Source: Octopus vulgaris (lineage: Eukaryota). From it: DNA of 64,000 nt. Location of the stretch: contig OX597838.1 in NCBI GenBank assembly GCA_951406725.2, forward strand, positions 16,616,001 to 16,680,000, written 5' to 3'. Shown here piece after piece: positions 37,928 to 50,438 of the stretch (within the stretch, counting starts at the first letter, position 1; the number at the start of each line of letters is the position of its first letter). A program made the position numbers and the translations under genes. Under the pieces are notes generated by a model. That model was given only the letters and a program-made list of their open reading frames with translations. It did no database searches and was not told the DNA's origin.

Positions 37928-37929
37928 TA

Positions 37930-37976
<47 letters not shown>

Positions 37977-38174
37977 GTGTTTGTGTTTGTCCCCCCAATA
38001 TCGCTTGACAACTGATACCGGCGTATTTTCGTCCCTGTAACTTAGCGGTTTGGCAAAAGAAACTGATAGAATAAGTACTAGGCTTACAAAGAATAAGTCC
38101 TGAGGTCGATTTGCTCGACTAAAGGCGGTGCTCCAGCATGGCCGCAGTCAAATGACTGAAACAAGTAAAAGAGT
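37752..38174 (+). mobile_element. SINE family A
   Basis: match to consensus with a short internal deletion. Confidence 0.9.
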
Positions 38175-38434
38175 ATAAATGTATTATAATTAATGACACT
38201 GAAAGTATCAAAAAAGATTCAGTTCACCTCAATCAGCAGCAGCCTTCCCTGCACTGCCCTTGTCTGTCTCACACCATTTCCACCCTCATGTACTTCTGAC
38301 CTCATCCCTAACACTGTGCATCTCTTTCACATACCATCACCAGCCATTTCACATCATCTTTGCTGTCACTTATTACCTCACTGCCCCACACCTACATCTT
38401 CTCCTCCAACACACACGCACACACACATATTTCA

Positions 38435-38640
38435 AATCGACAGAAAACAAAAGACGAAGGCAGGTGAGGGAACAGCAAGCAGGTGTATTAGTTTAACACT
38501 TGGGAAGAATGGAAAAGTTTTTGACGTTTCGTGCCTATGCTCTTTGACAGAAAGTATTAAGAGGAAAAATAAATGGAGAACGAAAAAAAAAAAACGGAGA
38601 GACAAAAAATATGTAAGGATTAACGGTTCAACATAACGAA
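38435..38640 (-). mobile_element. Penelope-like terminal-repeat remnant with a degenerate minimal hammerhead
   Basis: minus strand of 38521-38554: CTTT-CTGTCAA-AGAGC-ATAG-GCAC-GAAAC-GTCAA. Confidence 0.6.
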
Positions 38641-38684
38641 ATGACCAGAATGAACAAGTGTGTGTGTGTGTCTAAAAGATAAAG

Positions 38685-39400
38685 ACCACTTTTGGTCACA
38701 AATGACCGTTGAATTGCACCTGGAAAGTTATCCTGCAAGGCACAAGTCCAGGCAAGGTTGTTTTTGAAAGACCAGTAGTCGCCCGTGCATACCAGTCTCC
38801 CCTCTTCATGCCATCAATGTTGTGCAAGGGAAAAGCAAAGGCTGATACAGCTTGGCACCAGTGAATTTGCAACCGATAATTTCTACGGATCTTTTCGGTT
38901 TGAACGGCAGTTTTTTAAAATAATTTCCACGTAACTAAACACTTTTAAACTTCATATACTGGTAGAATGTGTTTATAAAACATCTTTTTCTCTTGGCTTT
39001 ATTGAGAAAATTCTATGGTTTGTAAGATATTTGTTGTTTTTTCTTCAATTTCTGCAATTTCAACCAATCAATGACGTCTATTGAGGTGAAAATATTCTGT
39101 GCCGTATGAAAATGTCCCACGTTTAAGAAACAAAGATACCCTTCCCCCCACCCCTAAAACAGATTGAAATGCAATAGATCGATACTAGAGTCATAATTAT
39201 GTGTGACAATTTCATATGACACCGCTAGAAAAAACTGCCGTTCAAACCGAACAGATCCATTTCTACAGCTGAATAAATTGGAGCAACACAAAATAAAGTG
39301 TCTTGCTCAAGAATGCAACACACAGCCTGGTTAGGAAATTGAACTCACAACCTAACGATTTCAAGTCCAACGCTCTAACTAACGAGCCATGCGCCTTCAC
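38685..39400 (-). mobile_element. older tRNA-derived SINE, split by a MITE
   Basis: head TGGCTCGTTAGTTAGAGCGTT..GAGTTCAATTTCC, CTTGAGCAAGACACTT core; related copies at 48878-49168 and 31990-32215. Confidence 0.7.
38887..39258. mobile_element. GGATC-terminal MITE with an 8-bp TSD
   Basis: 30-bp TIRs GGATCT(T/G)TTCGGTTTGAACGGCAGTTTTTT; perfect TSD ATTTCTAC. Confidence 0.93.
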
Positions 39401-40198
39401 ACACACATTCTCTATGTTGGTTATAACACATTGCATGAAATTATGGGAATACATTGTCGCCACTTTCTGTTTGTATCGCAAATTACTTTCATTTTTATAC
39501 GACGATAATCTGCATGTGAACCTCTTGTAAGTACTTAACTCAGTGGTTGCCAAACACTGTTATCATAGTGATTGTGTGCTATGAAAATAATAAAATATTT
39601 TAAAATGAAAAAAAATACAAACTGAAATTCTAAATATAATATTAAGTGCAGAGAGAGAGAGAGAGATGAAAGGAAGATATATGTTCTACATACGTCTGAA
39701 CATAAAAAGTCGCCAAAAGATGTGTTTCTCGTTGATAACTATGTTTCGTGTATTGAATAAACAAGAATTTTATATTGTTTAAATTATATTTATAAAATAT
39801 ATATATATATATATGAATACCATTTATATATATATATATTTACTTTATGCACAAAATGCAGTAAAATATTTTTATATGCACTAAAAGCACAATGCAAGCA
39901 AAGCAGTTTGGAAACGTTGCCTGTGATGAGATGATTAAAAGAAGTGGAGAAAGCAACCAAACTAAACGCCTATGTCATGTCATGGGTTCAGAAAAATGTC
40001 GAATATTGAAATAAATTGATCATTATCAACAACAATGTCGTCGTCGTTTTAATGTCTTTCTTTTTCCATGCTTGTTTAGGTCAGACAGAATTTGCGCGAG
40101 GCAGATTCTCTACGGCCGGTCGCCCCTCTTGTTTCCAGCCTTCGAGTTTATTGAACAAAGAATATTCCGGATTTAATTACAAGACTTTAATTTTTTTT

Positions 40199-40617
40199 GG
40201 CGATCTTTCGTCTCTAGTAGACCTTTCCGTCGATTTCCGTAAAAATATATTTTTTTTTTACATATGGGCTTGCGGGAACTTTTGAAGTAATGTACATACA
40301 TATACACATACACCGAGTAAAAAATTTCAGTTATCCCTTCCTTTCACACATTACTCTCTGTCTCTTCACACACACTTACAGAAGCACTTCACTTACACAA
40401 CATACTGTCTGTCTCCCACACCCCATCAAACACACACACACATGTCCATCAATGCTCCCATGCACGGTAACTTCAAAAGAACTTCCTCGTCATACAATCG
40501 CTTTCTCTTAGTCTCTTTCGCTCTCATTACTTCAAAAGTTCCCGCAAGCCCATATGTAAAAAAAAAAAATTTTTTACGGAAATCGACGGAAAGGTTTACT
40601 AGAGACGAAAGATTGCC
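40199..40617. mobile_element. long-TIR MITE copy 2 (opposite orientation)
   Basis: GGCGATC...GATTGCC, T8 on both flanks. Confidence 0.92.
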
Positions 40618-41403
40618 TTTTTTTTTTTCACAAAGATTGCCCAATATGTCAAAACATGAAGAGAAACTTGACATGCTTTTTGTAGTTGACTGCAAGTAAA
40701 GGACATTGCTCGTTTTGAGGGCCTTATCCAATGTGGATGTACTTTATTTTTAAAGATGCCACAGTATAATTTTAGGGAACTTGGCTGCTATTTCTGGCGA
40801 GTAGTGCAACCACATGGCAGCTTATAAATGGTTCATCATCAAATATTTGTTCCTGGTTGTGTATGTTGAATTACATGGTTCGTTATTAAATATATTCCCC
40901 TCGCCCCCTCCTTTTTTTTCCGAACCAAAACAAGGGATTTGCAGCATATTATGAGGTCAGGGTACTCGATTCCACGCAAAAAATCGGATTTTTTTTTCTC
41001 TTAGTGAAAATCGTGCGGGTGTTAGTTAACCCAAGATTGGTTTTGAACAGTAAATTCGTGGATGAAAACATTTTGTTCTAGTCGAGGCCGGTACTTTGTA
41101 TACCATTCAGGATGGTAAGGCTGTAATACTTTCCTTTCAAGATCAGTCTGACAATCAAGATTGAGCTGGAATTAACAACAAACAACTAATGACAGAGAAG
41201 AAATCATTTAAAATATAGTGTAGAAGTAAACACATACATCGAACATTTTATTCATTTCTAAAGATGAGGTGAAATAATCTTCCAAAAATGTTAATCTTAT
41301 TAACAAAATGTATTAAAAACATTTAGAGACAACTGCTTATTAACAGAAAAAAAACCGCAACGGGACAGTATGTATTAGTTTAAGCATGGATTTTTAATTC
41401 TAA

Positions 41404-41789
41404 CTAGCAGTATCGCCCGGCGTTGCTCGGGTTTGTAAGGGAAATAACTATATAAGCATTTTTAGAGATGTAAAGTATAATAGCCATCTCAATATGGCTA
41501 ACCACAAAGGGGGGGTGTTACTGTAGCTTTTTACGTTCTGAGATTTAATAATAAATTTTTAGAGAGTTACTTCCCTTATATATGCCAAAAATGCATTAAA
41601 AATGGGAAAAATTGATGGTAAATTTTTTTTTTAAATCGTAGACGCGCGCTAATACCCAGAAGGGCTCGATATGAATCACGACTATAAGATACCCGGTTTT
41701 GGTTAAACTGGACCGCAAAATGTGGGAGTAGTTAGGAATCTAAATCGTAGGAGACAGACAGCACACAACCTCACTTTTATATATAAAGA
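41404..41789 (-). mobile_element. non-autonomous Helitron
   Basis: minus strand A|TCTTTATATAT ... hairpin CCCGAGCAACGCCGGG ... CTAG|T; no TSD. Confidence 0.88.
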
Positions 41790-42082
41790 TATCTTTGTTA
41801 TGACTTTGAAAATAATAAAATAAAAGTCTTCAGGGTGTTGTCTTTAAACAGGCAAATAATAAGGTCTGCCACTCAAGAACCCAAATGCTGAAGCTGAAAC
41901 AGATACTAACCAAGTGTCTCTAATAATTCCACTAATTCATAGGTATGGACTAGACTTTATTTCAATGACCCTAGAAGAATTGAATGTAGAGTTAATATTG
42001 GGTTGTCAAATAAATTCATAATTCCAGTGTTATGTGAATTAATACAAAAAGTATTTTTATCGAAATGTTTTAGGTTTTTATG

Positions 42083-42501
42083 GGCAATCTTTCGTCTCTA
42101 GTAGACCTTTCCGTCGATTTCCGTAAATTTTTTTTTTTTTTTACGTATGGGCTTGCGGGAACTTTTGAAGTAATGAGAGCGAAAGAGACTAAGAGAAAGC
42201 GATTGTATGACAGGGGAAGTTCTTTTGAAGTTACCGTGCATGGGAGCATTGATGTACATGTGTGTGTGTGTGTGTTTGATGGGGTGTGGGAGACAGACAG
42301 TATGTTGTGTAAGTGAAGTGCTTCTCTTAGTGTGTGTGAAGAGACAGAGTAATGTGTGAAAGAAAGATAACTGAAATTTTTTACTCGGTGTATGTGTATA
42401 TGTATGTATATTACTTCAAAAGTTCCCGCAAGCCCATATGTAAAAAAAAAAATTTTTTTACGGAAATCGACGGAAAGGTCTACTAGAGACGAAAGATCGC
42501 C
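42083..42501. mobile_element. long-TIR MITE copy 3, inside the mariner
   Basis: GGCAATC...GATCGCC; perfect 8-bp TSD TTTTTATG. Confidence 0.93.
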
Positions 42502-43327
42502 TTTTTATGTGACTATTTTCCATCTACAACTTTCGTTTATCGTTTTTGAAATTTGGATAAATTTTATCTATTTCAGACATGATGTTGGAGTGCCAAGTAG
42601 AAAAAAAAAACCCACCATTTTTGACACTGCTTCCCTTTGCTTTCAATAAAGGTTTCAAAGCTGTCAAAACCATTCCAAGACGTGTGTGTTGTGTATGGAG
42701 AAAGTGCTTATGAGTGAAATAACTGCACAGAAATAATTTTTCACGTTCCAAAGAGGAAACATTTAGCCTCGCAGACTCTCCACGTTCCAGCCAACCTGTT
42801 TAGTTCTATGATGATTGATCGAACAAACTCTTCCACAAGGATCTGTGCCAATCCACTCGGGAACCGGCCCAGCAGATGGGATGTTGATGCCGTCACCCAT
42901 CACTTTCCTTCCGTTGATGAAACTCGGTGCACGGGTGCCACATGCTCTGATCAAAAGAAACACCACTATCGCCGACGGGCTACTTGTTCGATGCCAGGCT
43001 ACTCGCGGACATAAACGGACTTTTTTACCGCAATATCATTGGTGATGAAAAATGGTGTCTTTACATCAATAAGAAGCAGAGGGGAAAATAGCTGAGTCAC
43101 GACAAGCAACACCTCAAGCCAAGCCACAGATGTTGCCTCACAAAACAATGATCTATACTTGGTGGATTGGGAAGGTTTAATCTACTATGAAATGCTTGAA
43201 AAAAAAAACAAAAAAACTAATCAATGCAGAGCTTTACATTTTGTAAATGTACCGGCTTATCAATCCTGCTAAAACGACTTGACCGACGGCATGACATATT
43301 TCTTCAATATGAAAATATTCATCTTAG

Positions 43328-43995
43328 ATGGCGAGCTAGCAGAATCGTTAGCGCACCGGGCTAAATGCTTAGCAGTATTTCGTCTGCTGCTACGTTCTGA
43401 GTTCAAATTCCGCCGAGGTCGACTTTGCCTTTCATCCTTTTGAGGTTGATTAAATAAGTACCTATTTCTTTACTAACCACAAGGGGCCAAACAAAGAGAG
43501 GACAAACAAGGACAGACAAAGGGATTAAGTCGATTATATCGACCCCAGTGCGTAACTAGTACTTATTTAATCGACCCCGAAAGGATGAAAGGCAAAGTCT
43601 ACCTCGGCGGAATTTGAACTTAGAACGTAGCGGCAGACGAAATACCGCTAAGCATTTCGCCCGGCGTGCTAACGATTCTGCCAGTTCGCCGCCTTCGATT
43701 AAATAAGTACCAGTTAAGCACTGGGGTCGATATGATCGACTTAATCCGTTTGTCTGTCCTTGTTTGTCCCCTCTATGTGTAGCCCCTTGTGGGCAGTAAA
43801 GAAATAAGAATCGTTAGCGCACCGGGCTAAATGCTTTGTGGCACTTTGTCTATCTTTCTGAGTTCAAATTCCGCCACGGTCAACTTTGCCTTTCATCCTT
43901 TTGGAATCGATAAAAGAAGTACCAGTTGAACACTGGAGTCGAAGTAATCGATTTACCCCCTCCTCCGAAATCGCTAGTCTTGTGCCAAAATTCAA
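43328..43995. mobile_element. nested SINE B cluster: antisense B inside a sense B, plus an older B-like copy
   Basis: inner copy about 43462-43694 flanked by duplicated GATTAAATAAGTACC. Confidence 0.88.
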
Positions 43996-46121
43996 TATCA
44001 GTATGACAATACTTGTCCCCCACATCGCTAATTTCACCTAAAATGTTATTCAAGAGCCTGGCTGGGTAGTTCTGCCATACAAACCATATTCTCCTGATAT
44101 AGCACCTTCAGATTTTCACCTTTTCCAGTCGCTCTTCAACAGTCTGCAAGGTGTTTTGTTCAACAACAATGAAGAATTGAAAACGTGGCAAAATGAATTC
44201 TTTGAGTCAAAGCCTGGAGATTTTTGCCGTCAAAGCATTGACAAGCTAGTGAAACATTGGCAAGAAGTCATGTACAACGAAGAATATATTATTGATTGAT
44301 TTGTCAAAATTGATGATTAAAATAAATGGGGGGGAAAACGAATTTGTTTGACAACTTAATAACCCTAAAAAGATGTTAATCTTTTAAACAAAATGTACTT
44401 CAGACATTTAGAGATAACGTGTTCATAAATAGAAAATGAGAAGATATTTATTCATTTAAACATAGATGTTTTAATTTTGATTTTTACTATGACATGGAAA
44501 ATAATAATTAGAAAACAAACGGCCTCCAAGGGTTGTCTGGAAATAGGCGAATACTTAAGTATACTATACAAGAACTGAAATGCAAGAATAAGAACAAATG
44601 CGACCGAGTGTCCCTGACAGTTTAACAATTCTACTAATTCATAGCTGTTACTTTATTTGATCAACCCTGAAAGTATGAAAGGTAACATTGACCTTGGTCC
44701 GATTTTAACTCAGGCCTCAAAGAATCAGAACAAATACCTATTTCTTTATTACCCACAAGGGGCTAAACAGAGGGGACAAACAAGGACAGACATAGGTATT
44801 AAGTCGATTACATCGATCCCAGTGCGTAACTAGTACTTAATTTATCGACCCCGGAAGGATGAAAGGCAAAGTCGACCTCGGCGTACGCATCCTACCTTCT
44901 GATGACTGCCAGTTTGCTGTACAGTGTAAATTTGAGAGAAATATGGCTGCTATCTCTAGCAGAACAAGCAACCATGTTGAGGTTCTCGTGTTGGTTCAAT
45001 GTACGGGCGTGTATATATGTGTGTATGTATGTAACAGTTGTTACTCTATGGGCGTGTTGAACCGTTACAATAAGGTGAACGAGAGTATTGTTTTAGGATA
45101 TAACGTGTGTTAAACTGGCACTGTATGGTTTTTAATAAATAGAGCATAAAAGTGAAATAGAAATAAAGATCGCCAAAATGATATACAAGTGTATTTATAG
45201 CACATTGTAATTATGTATGTGTATACGCGTGTTTATGTGTGTGTATGTGTGTGTGCTTATGTCAACGTATATGTGTGTGCTTATGTCAACGTATATGTGT
45301 GAAAGCTAGTAACATATAGTTATTGAAATATGCTAAACTTGGAATATCGTTTTATAAAATAAATGCAATATGTTTGAATGTTTAAATACGTACTTTAATA
45401 TAAATATTGTTTGGAATTATTTGAAATTGATATTAAACAATATCGCAGAGAGAAAAAATTCCTCGGTGGGCGTATTCTGTATATGAAATTCAAATATGAT
45501 CGCTTCTAACATGTTGAAAAACTGCAACGGAAACTATCCTTGCAATTAGTAGGTAAAAATTCGCTGAAGCGTTAAAAATATATCAATAAATAAAACAAAC
45601 AAAGGAAGATAATTATAATAGGATCAGCCAATTGGAAAGGATATCTTTAAAACCAACTGGTAAAAGGAACAAATGTATTTTTAGCAGCCCAACATATATA
45701 TGTGTGTGTGATTTCAGAACTCATTAATGTATAATTTTATTGCATATACAACACGTATGTATATGATACATGTATAATACAAAAGAAAGAAAGAAAGAAA
45801 ACTTCAATTCAACACTAGGCGTTTCAGTTGGTTGCAGACCAGAAGGTTCAATGGAACCTACTGAAGCAAGCCAGCACGCTTGTGGCATTACCATTAGCAA
45901 TGACGAGGCAAAGGCAGGGGTAAAGCAAAGCACCCTCACGGGCATCACTTGACTCCCTGGTGAGGCAAGCTGCCAACTATGACAACCTTCACCGTTAGTG
46001 GCTCAATCCACCCATGCATGCATGTATGTATGTCTTTGTGTTGTCTGTCCCCCAAGACCATTTGACTGTTGGTGTTGGTTTGTTTACATCCCTGTTACTT
46101 AGTAGTTCAGTAAAAGAGATT

Positions 46122-46539
46122 ATATTTCTTTATTGCCCACAAGGGGCTAAACACAGAAGGGACAAACAAGGATAGACAAAGGGATCAAGTCGATTACATC
46201 GACCCCAGTGCGTAACTGGTACTTATTTAATCAACCCCGAAAGGATGAAAGGCAAAGTTAACCTCGGCGTAATCTGAACTCAGAACATAGCAGCAGACGA
46301 AATACTTATTTCTTTACTACCCACAAGGGGCTAAACATAGAGGGGACAAACAAGGACAGACATAGGTATTAAGTCGATTACATCGACCCCAGTGCGTAAC
46401 TGGTGCTTAATTTATTGACCCCCCGAAAGGATGAAAGGCAAAGTCGACCTTGGCGGAATTTGAACTCAGAACGTAACGGCAGACGAAATACTGCAAAGCA
46501 TTTCGCCCGGCGTGCTAACAATTCTGCCAGCTCGCCACC
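46122..46539 (-). mobile_element. SINE B dimer inserted in a SINE A
   Basis: two units joined near 46305 (AAAGAAATAAGTATTTCGTCTG on minus); TAAAAGAGATTA duplicated on the flanks. Confidence 0.88.
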
Positions 46540-46654
46540 TTTTAAAAGAGATTAATAGAATAAGTACTGGGGTTGATTTGTTCAACTAAGCTCTTCAGGC
46601 TAGTGCTCCAGTATGGCCACTGTCCAATGACTGAAACAAGTAAAAGATAAAAGA

Positions 46655-47335
46655 TACCAAGTCTGGATGCAACTGCAGTACCCATGGCCTTAGCAGCATC
46701 CCACCTCACATATTCCAAGATTGGTGAGACTGATGCCTTGGATATTTCTATTGAATCTTTGTATATCAACACTCACAGAAAGGACACGGGCAGGAAATGA
46801 ATGCCAGAAGGCAGATGTTCTGGGAAGGAAGAACTGAGTGAAGTGATTAGAGTGGAGCCTAGGCTATGAGATGGACTCAAAAGAGTAATGACAGGAGGAA
46901 AGATGAGTAAGTGTGGAGTGCCTGGGTGGAGGTGGTGTGAGCCTCAAGAGCCCCGTTGGCTCTGAGGAGCAGAGGGCATTAGGGTAGCTGTAGAAAAGGC
47001 AGAGAAGATAATACTCTTGTGTATCTGTGAATGATTTTATGCCAGACAATCAAATGGTCCTTTTCTGGATGTGATATAGGATGTTGTGGGGCTGAGGTAG
47101 GCCAGAAGTATAACACAAACGGCTGAGGGGTCTTGTTGGAATGAGGGGAGCAAGAAAGTTCAAGTGAGTGGAGAAAGAGGCTTCTTTTGCCTCGGGGCCG
47201 TAACTCAAGATGAACATGGTGGCCATGTGAATTCAGGGAATTTGTTGTTAGGTTCTGGTCAGAAATTAAGTGGATAGGGATCTGATGGATATAGCCACCT
47301 GATAAGGATTGACATTATGAAAGGGGGTGAATTAT
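46655..47335 (-). mobile_element. decayed CR1/L2/Jockey-group LINE ORF2 fragments
   Basis: LCLFYSYPNALCSSE..., FLPRTSAFWHSFP, VSPILEY..W; C-terminal LINE motifs. Confidence 0.65.
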
Positions 47336-47724
47336 GCCTTTTTTCCCCATACCATGGATGCCTCTGTGTAACAGCGGTAGCACCATCCCAGTAGGGTTAG
47401 GGTTAGGGTAGGGAGCCAAGTGAGTGGCAACCTGAAAAAGTTTGGGAACCACTGGGGTAGAGGATGATTGACCCCCACAGTTAAAACTTCTGTGGATCTG
47501 TATGTGCCTATGTGGGCCAATGCAAGATCCACAAGTTCAATTGCAGATCAAGCATTTGTTGTCTCATGGGAGAGAAGTGCTACTGTTGCTTTATTCATTC
47601 TGCTTTCCAAGATCATCGTTGTTATTTGAGATGTTTGGTTTATACTGTTTCACATATATGTTTGTGTGTGTGTGAGTGTGTGTGTGAGTCAGCAACTTAA
47701 CATTAGAAAATGAACTTGTGCATT

Positions 47725-48134
47725 ACTCTTTACTCTTTACTCTTTTACTTGTTTCAGTCATTTGACTGCGGCCATGCTGGAGCACCGCCTTTAGTCGAGC
47801 AAATCGACCCCGGGACTTATTCTTTGTAAGCCCAGTACTTATTCTATCGGTCTCTTTTGCTGAACCGCTAAGTGACGGGGACGTAAACACACCAGCATCG
47901 GTTGTCAAGCAATACTAGGGGACAAACACAGACACACAATCACACACATATATATATATATACATATATACGACAGGCTTCTTTCAGTTTCCGTCTACCA
48001 AATCCACTCACAAGGCATTGGTCGGCCCGGGGCTATAGCAGAAGACACTTGCTCAAGATGCCACGCAGTGGGACTGAACCCGCAACCATGTGGTTGGTTA
48101 GCAAGCTACTTACCACACAGCCACTCCTGCGCCT
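47725..48134 (-). mobile_element. SINE family A, young copy
   Basis: full-length reverse complement. Confidence 0.92.
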
Positions 48135-48249
48135 ATTGTATTTCTTTATGAGTAGAATTAAATTGTGTTATCAAATTACAATAAACTAATTTTATGTACA
48201 ATGCATAAAACTGAAAATAAAAAAAATGCATCTGTAACGTATGAACAAG

Positions 48250-48503
<254 letters not shown>

Positions 48504-48562
48504 TACAAACACACATACAAATGTGCATACACATATATACACGTATTCATTTGTTCGTTTAA

Positions 48563-48784
48563 CCCTGTTGATACCAAACCCGCCTGAAACTGCCTCTGGC
48601 TCTGTAGTACAAATGTCTTGTTTCCAAAAGTTCTGAATTAAAATCTTCCACCAAACCTTAATCACAATTTATGTTCCCTAACACCAGCTTAATGATAACT
48701 AAGTTATTTTACTAAGTTCTTTGTTGTATTTAAAATTAATTGAAAGAAACAGAATATCTCAACAGAAATATGGTAACAAAAGGG
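48563..48784. mobile_element. piggyBac-type MITE
   Basis: TTAA|CCCTGTTGATACCA ... TGGTAACAAAAGGG|TTAA. Confidence 0.88.
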
Positions 48785-49244
48785 TTAAGTTAATTTTTCC
48801 ATGCTAGCATTTGTTAGATCAGTGCTTCTCAACTGGAGCCCATATGACTCTTGAGTAAAAAAAGCTAAAAACCCCCTTCAGTCATGAATGAACATGGGAT
48901 TGATTGCACCAAGAACGTTACCCTCCGAGGCACAAGTCTGGGCAAGTTTATTTGTGGAAGACCTACAGTTGGCCATGCATACCAGCCTTCCCTCTCCACA
49001 CCACTGATGTCATCCAAGGGAAAGGCAAAGACCTATACAGCTTGGCACTAAAGACATCACAACTCATTTTTGCCAGCTTACTCAAGAATACAACACCCAA
49101 GTCGGTCCAGGAATCAAACTCACTGCCTCATGATTGTGAGCCTAACGCTCTAACCACTGAACCATGACCCTGGGGGAAAGGGACAAATAAATTTTCTGGG
49201 ATCCACATTAGCAAAATGATGATTTGGGTCTGCAGTGTTATTAA

Positions 49245-49466
49245 ATAATAATAATAATGAAATTATTGTATACAGTGCTCAGGTGCACAACAACTTGTCA
49301 GAAAGTGCGTATAAAATATATGCAGTAATGTACAAATGTCTGGAAAGCGAACACTGTATGAGTCAGATACATGCTTGCGTGTGTATGGAGGGGAGAAAAT
49401 CAGGTGTAGTGTTGGCGAATCTCAGAAAGCATGGAAGTTTTGAAGGATGCAGTGCTCAGACAACTG
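49245..49466 (-). mobile_element. CR1-group LINE 3' terminal fragment
   Basis: matches the reverse complement of 25460-25672. Confidence 0.85.
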
Positions 49467-50001
49467 GGGATTCTAAGTGTCATTGAAAAAATTTTGCTGG
49501 AGATGTATTTATAGCAAGGAACAGCTAGGTTTCTTTCTCTAACATTATACATAGTTTAACCTGCACAAGTGTTTGTGTGATGAACAAAATTGTTGTTTTG
49601 AAGGAAGTCTCTCTAAAATTAGTTTTTAAGCACTGAATGGGGTTCACCAGAAATAAAATAGTAATCAAAGGGATCTGTAACTGTAAAACAAAATGGTTGA
49701 GAATCACAGGGTGAGGTGAATATATTATTGAGACATATGTTGTTTTACACCCAAATGCTCTTCCCGACACTAACTTTGACCCGTTTCCCAAATAAATGAT
49801 TTCTTACTCCACATGTCTTTGAAGGCATGAAGCATGTAGGCAGTCTTTTGACAGGAGGAACGACAACAACAACAACACCACTCACAGCAAGTAATTTTTG
49901 TAGAGCTCAAAAGGTAAACAAACATATGCATGCAGACACACAGACGTGTGTGTGTATGTATGTATGTATTTATGTGTGTATGTATGTATGTATGTATGTA
50001 T

Positions 50002-50037
<36 letters not shown>

Positions 50038-50109
50038 TTCAAAAAGGGAAACAAATCTCTTGCAGTGAACTACCTATTTCTTTATTACCCACAAGAAAAC
50101 ACATAAGAA

Positions 50110-50350
50110 AACACCATCCGATCGTGGCCGTCTGCCAGCCTCGTCTGGCACCTGTGTCGGTGGCACATAAAATCACCCACTACACTCTCGGAGTGGTTGG
50201 CGTTAGGAAGGGCATCCAGCTGTAGAAACACTGCCAGATCTGACTGGCCTGGTGCAGCCTTCGGGCTTGCCAGACCCCAGTTGAACCGTCCAACCCATGC
50301 TAGCATGGAAAGCGGACGTTAAACGATGATGATGATGATGATGATGATGA
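50110..50350 (+). mobile_element. family C element inserted in a SINE B
   Basis: C motifs plus (GAT)n tail; SINE B (minus) pieces on both sides; AAACATA on both flanks. Confidence 0.8.
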
Positions 50351-50438
50351 AATAAATAAACATAGAGGGGACAAACAAGGACAGACATAGGTAATCGACC
50401 CCAGTGTGTAACTGGTACTTAATTTATTGACCACCCTC

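Larger units (their letters stand above)
41998..44359 (+). mobile_element. near full-length decayed mariner with nested MITE and SINEs
   Basis: TIRs TTGGGTTGTCAAATAAATTC / GAATTTGTTTGACAACTTAA, TA flanks; motifs KLGARVPHAL (WVPHEL), GDEKW, YSPDIAPSDFHLF (44087-44125); many frameshifts. Confidence 0.92.

Noticed and set aside
42575-44298. Active or domesticated mariner transposase
   Set aside because: Multiple stops, frameshifts and SINE insertions; the same applies to the hAT relics
45770-45952. 60-aa ORF in GC-elevated sequence
   Set aside because: No recognisable motif or convincing splice pair; could be a TE fragment or an exon, undecidable here
47393-47413. Interstitial telomere (GGGTTA)n
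   Set aside because: Only about 3 units within repeat debris
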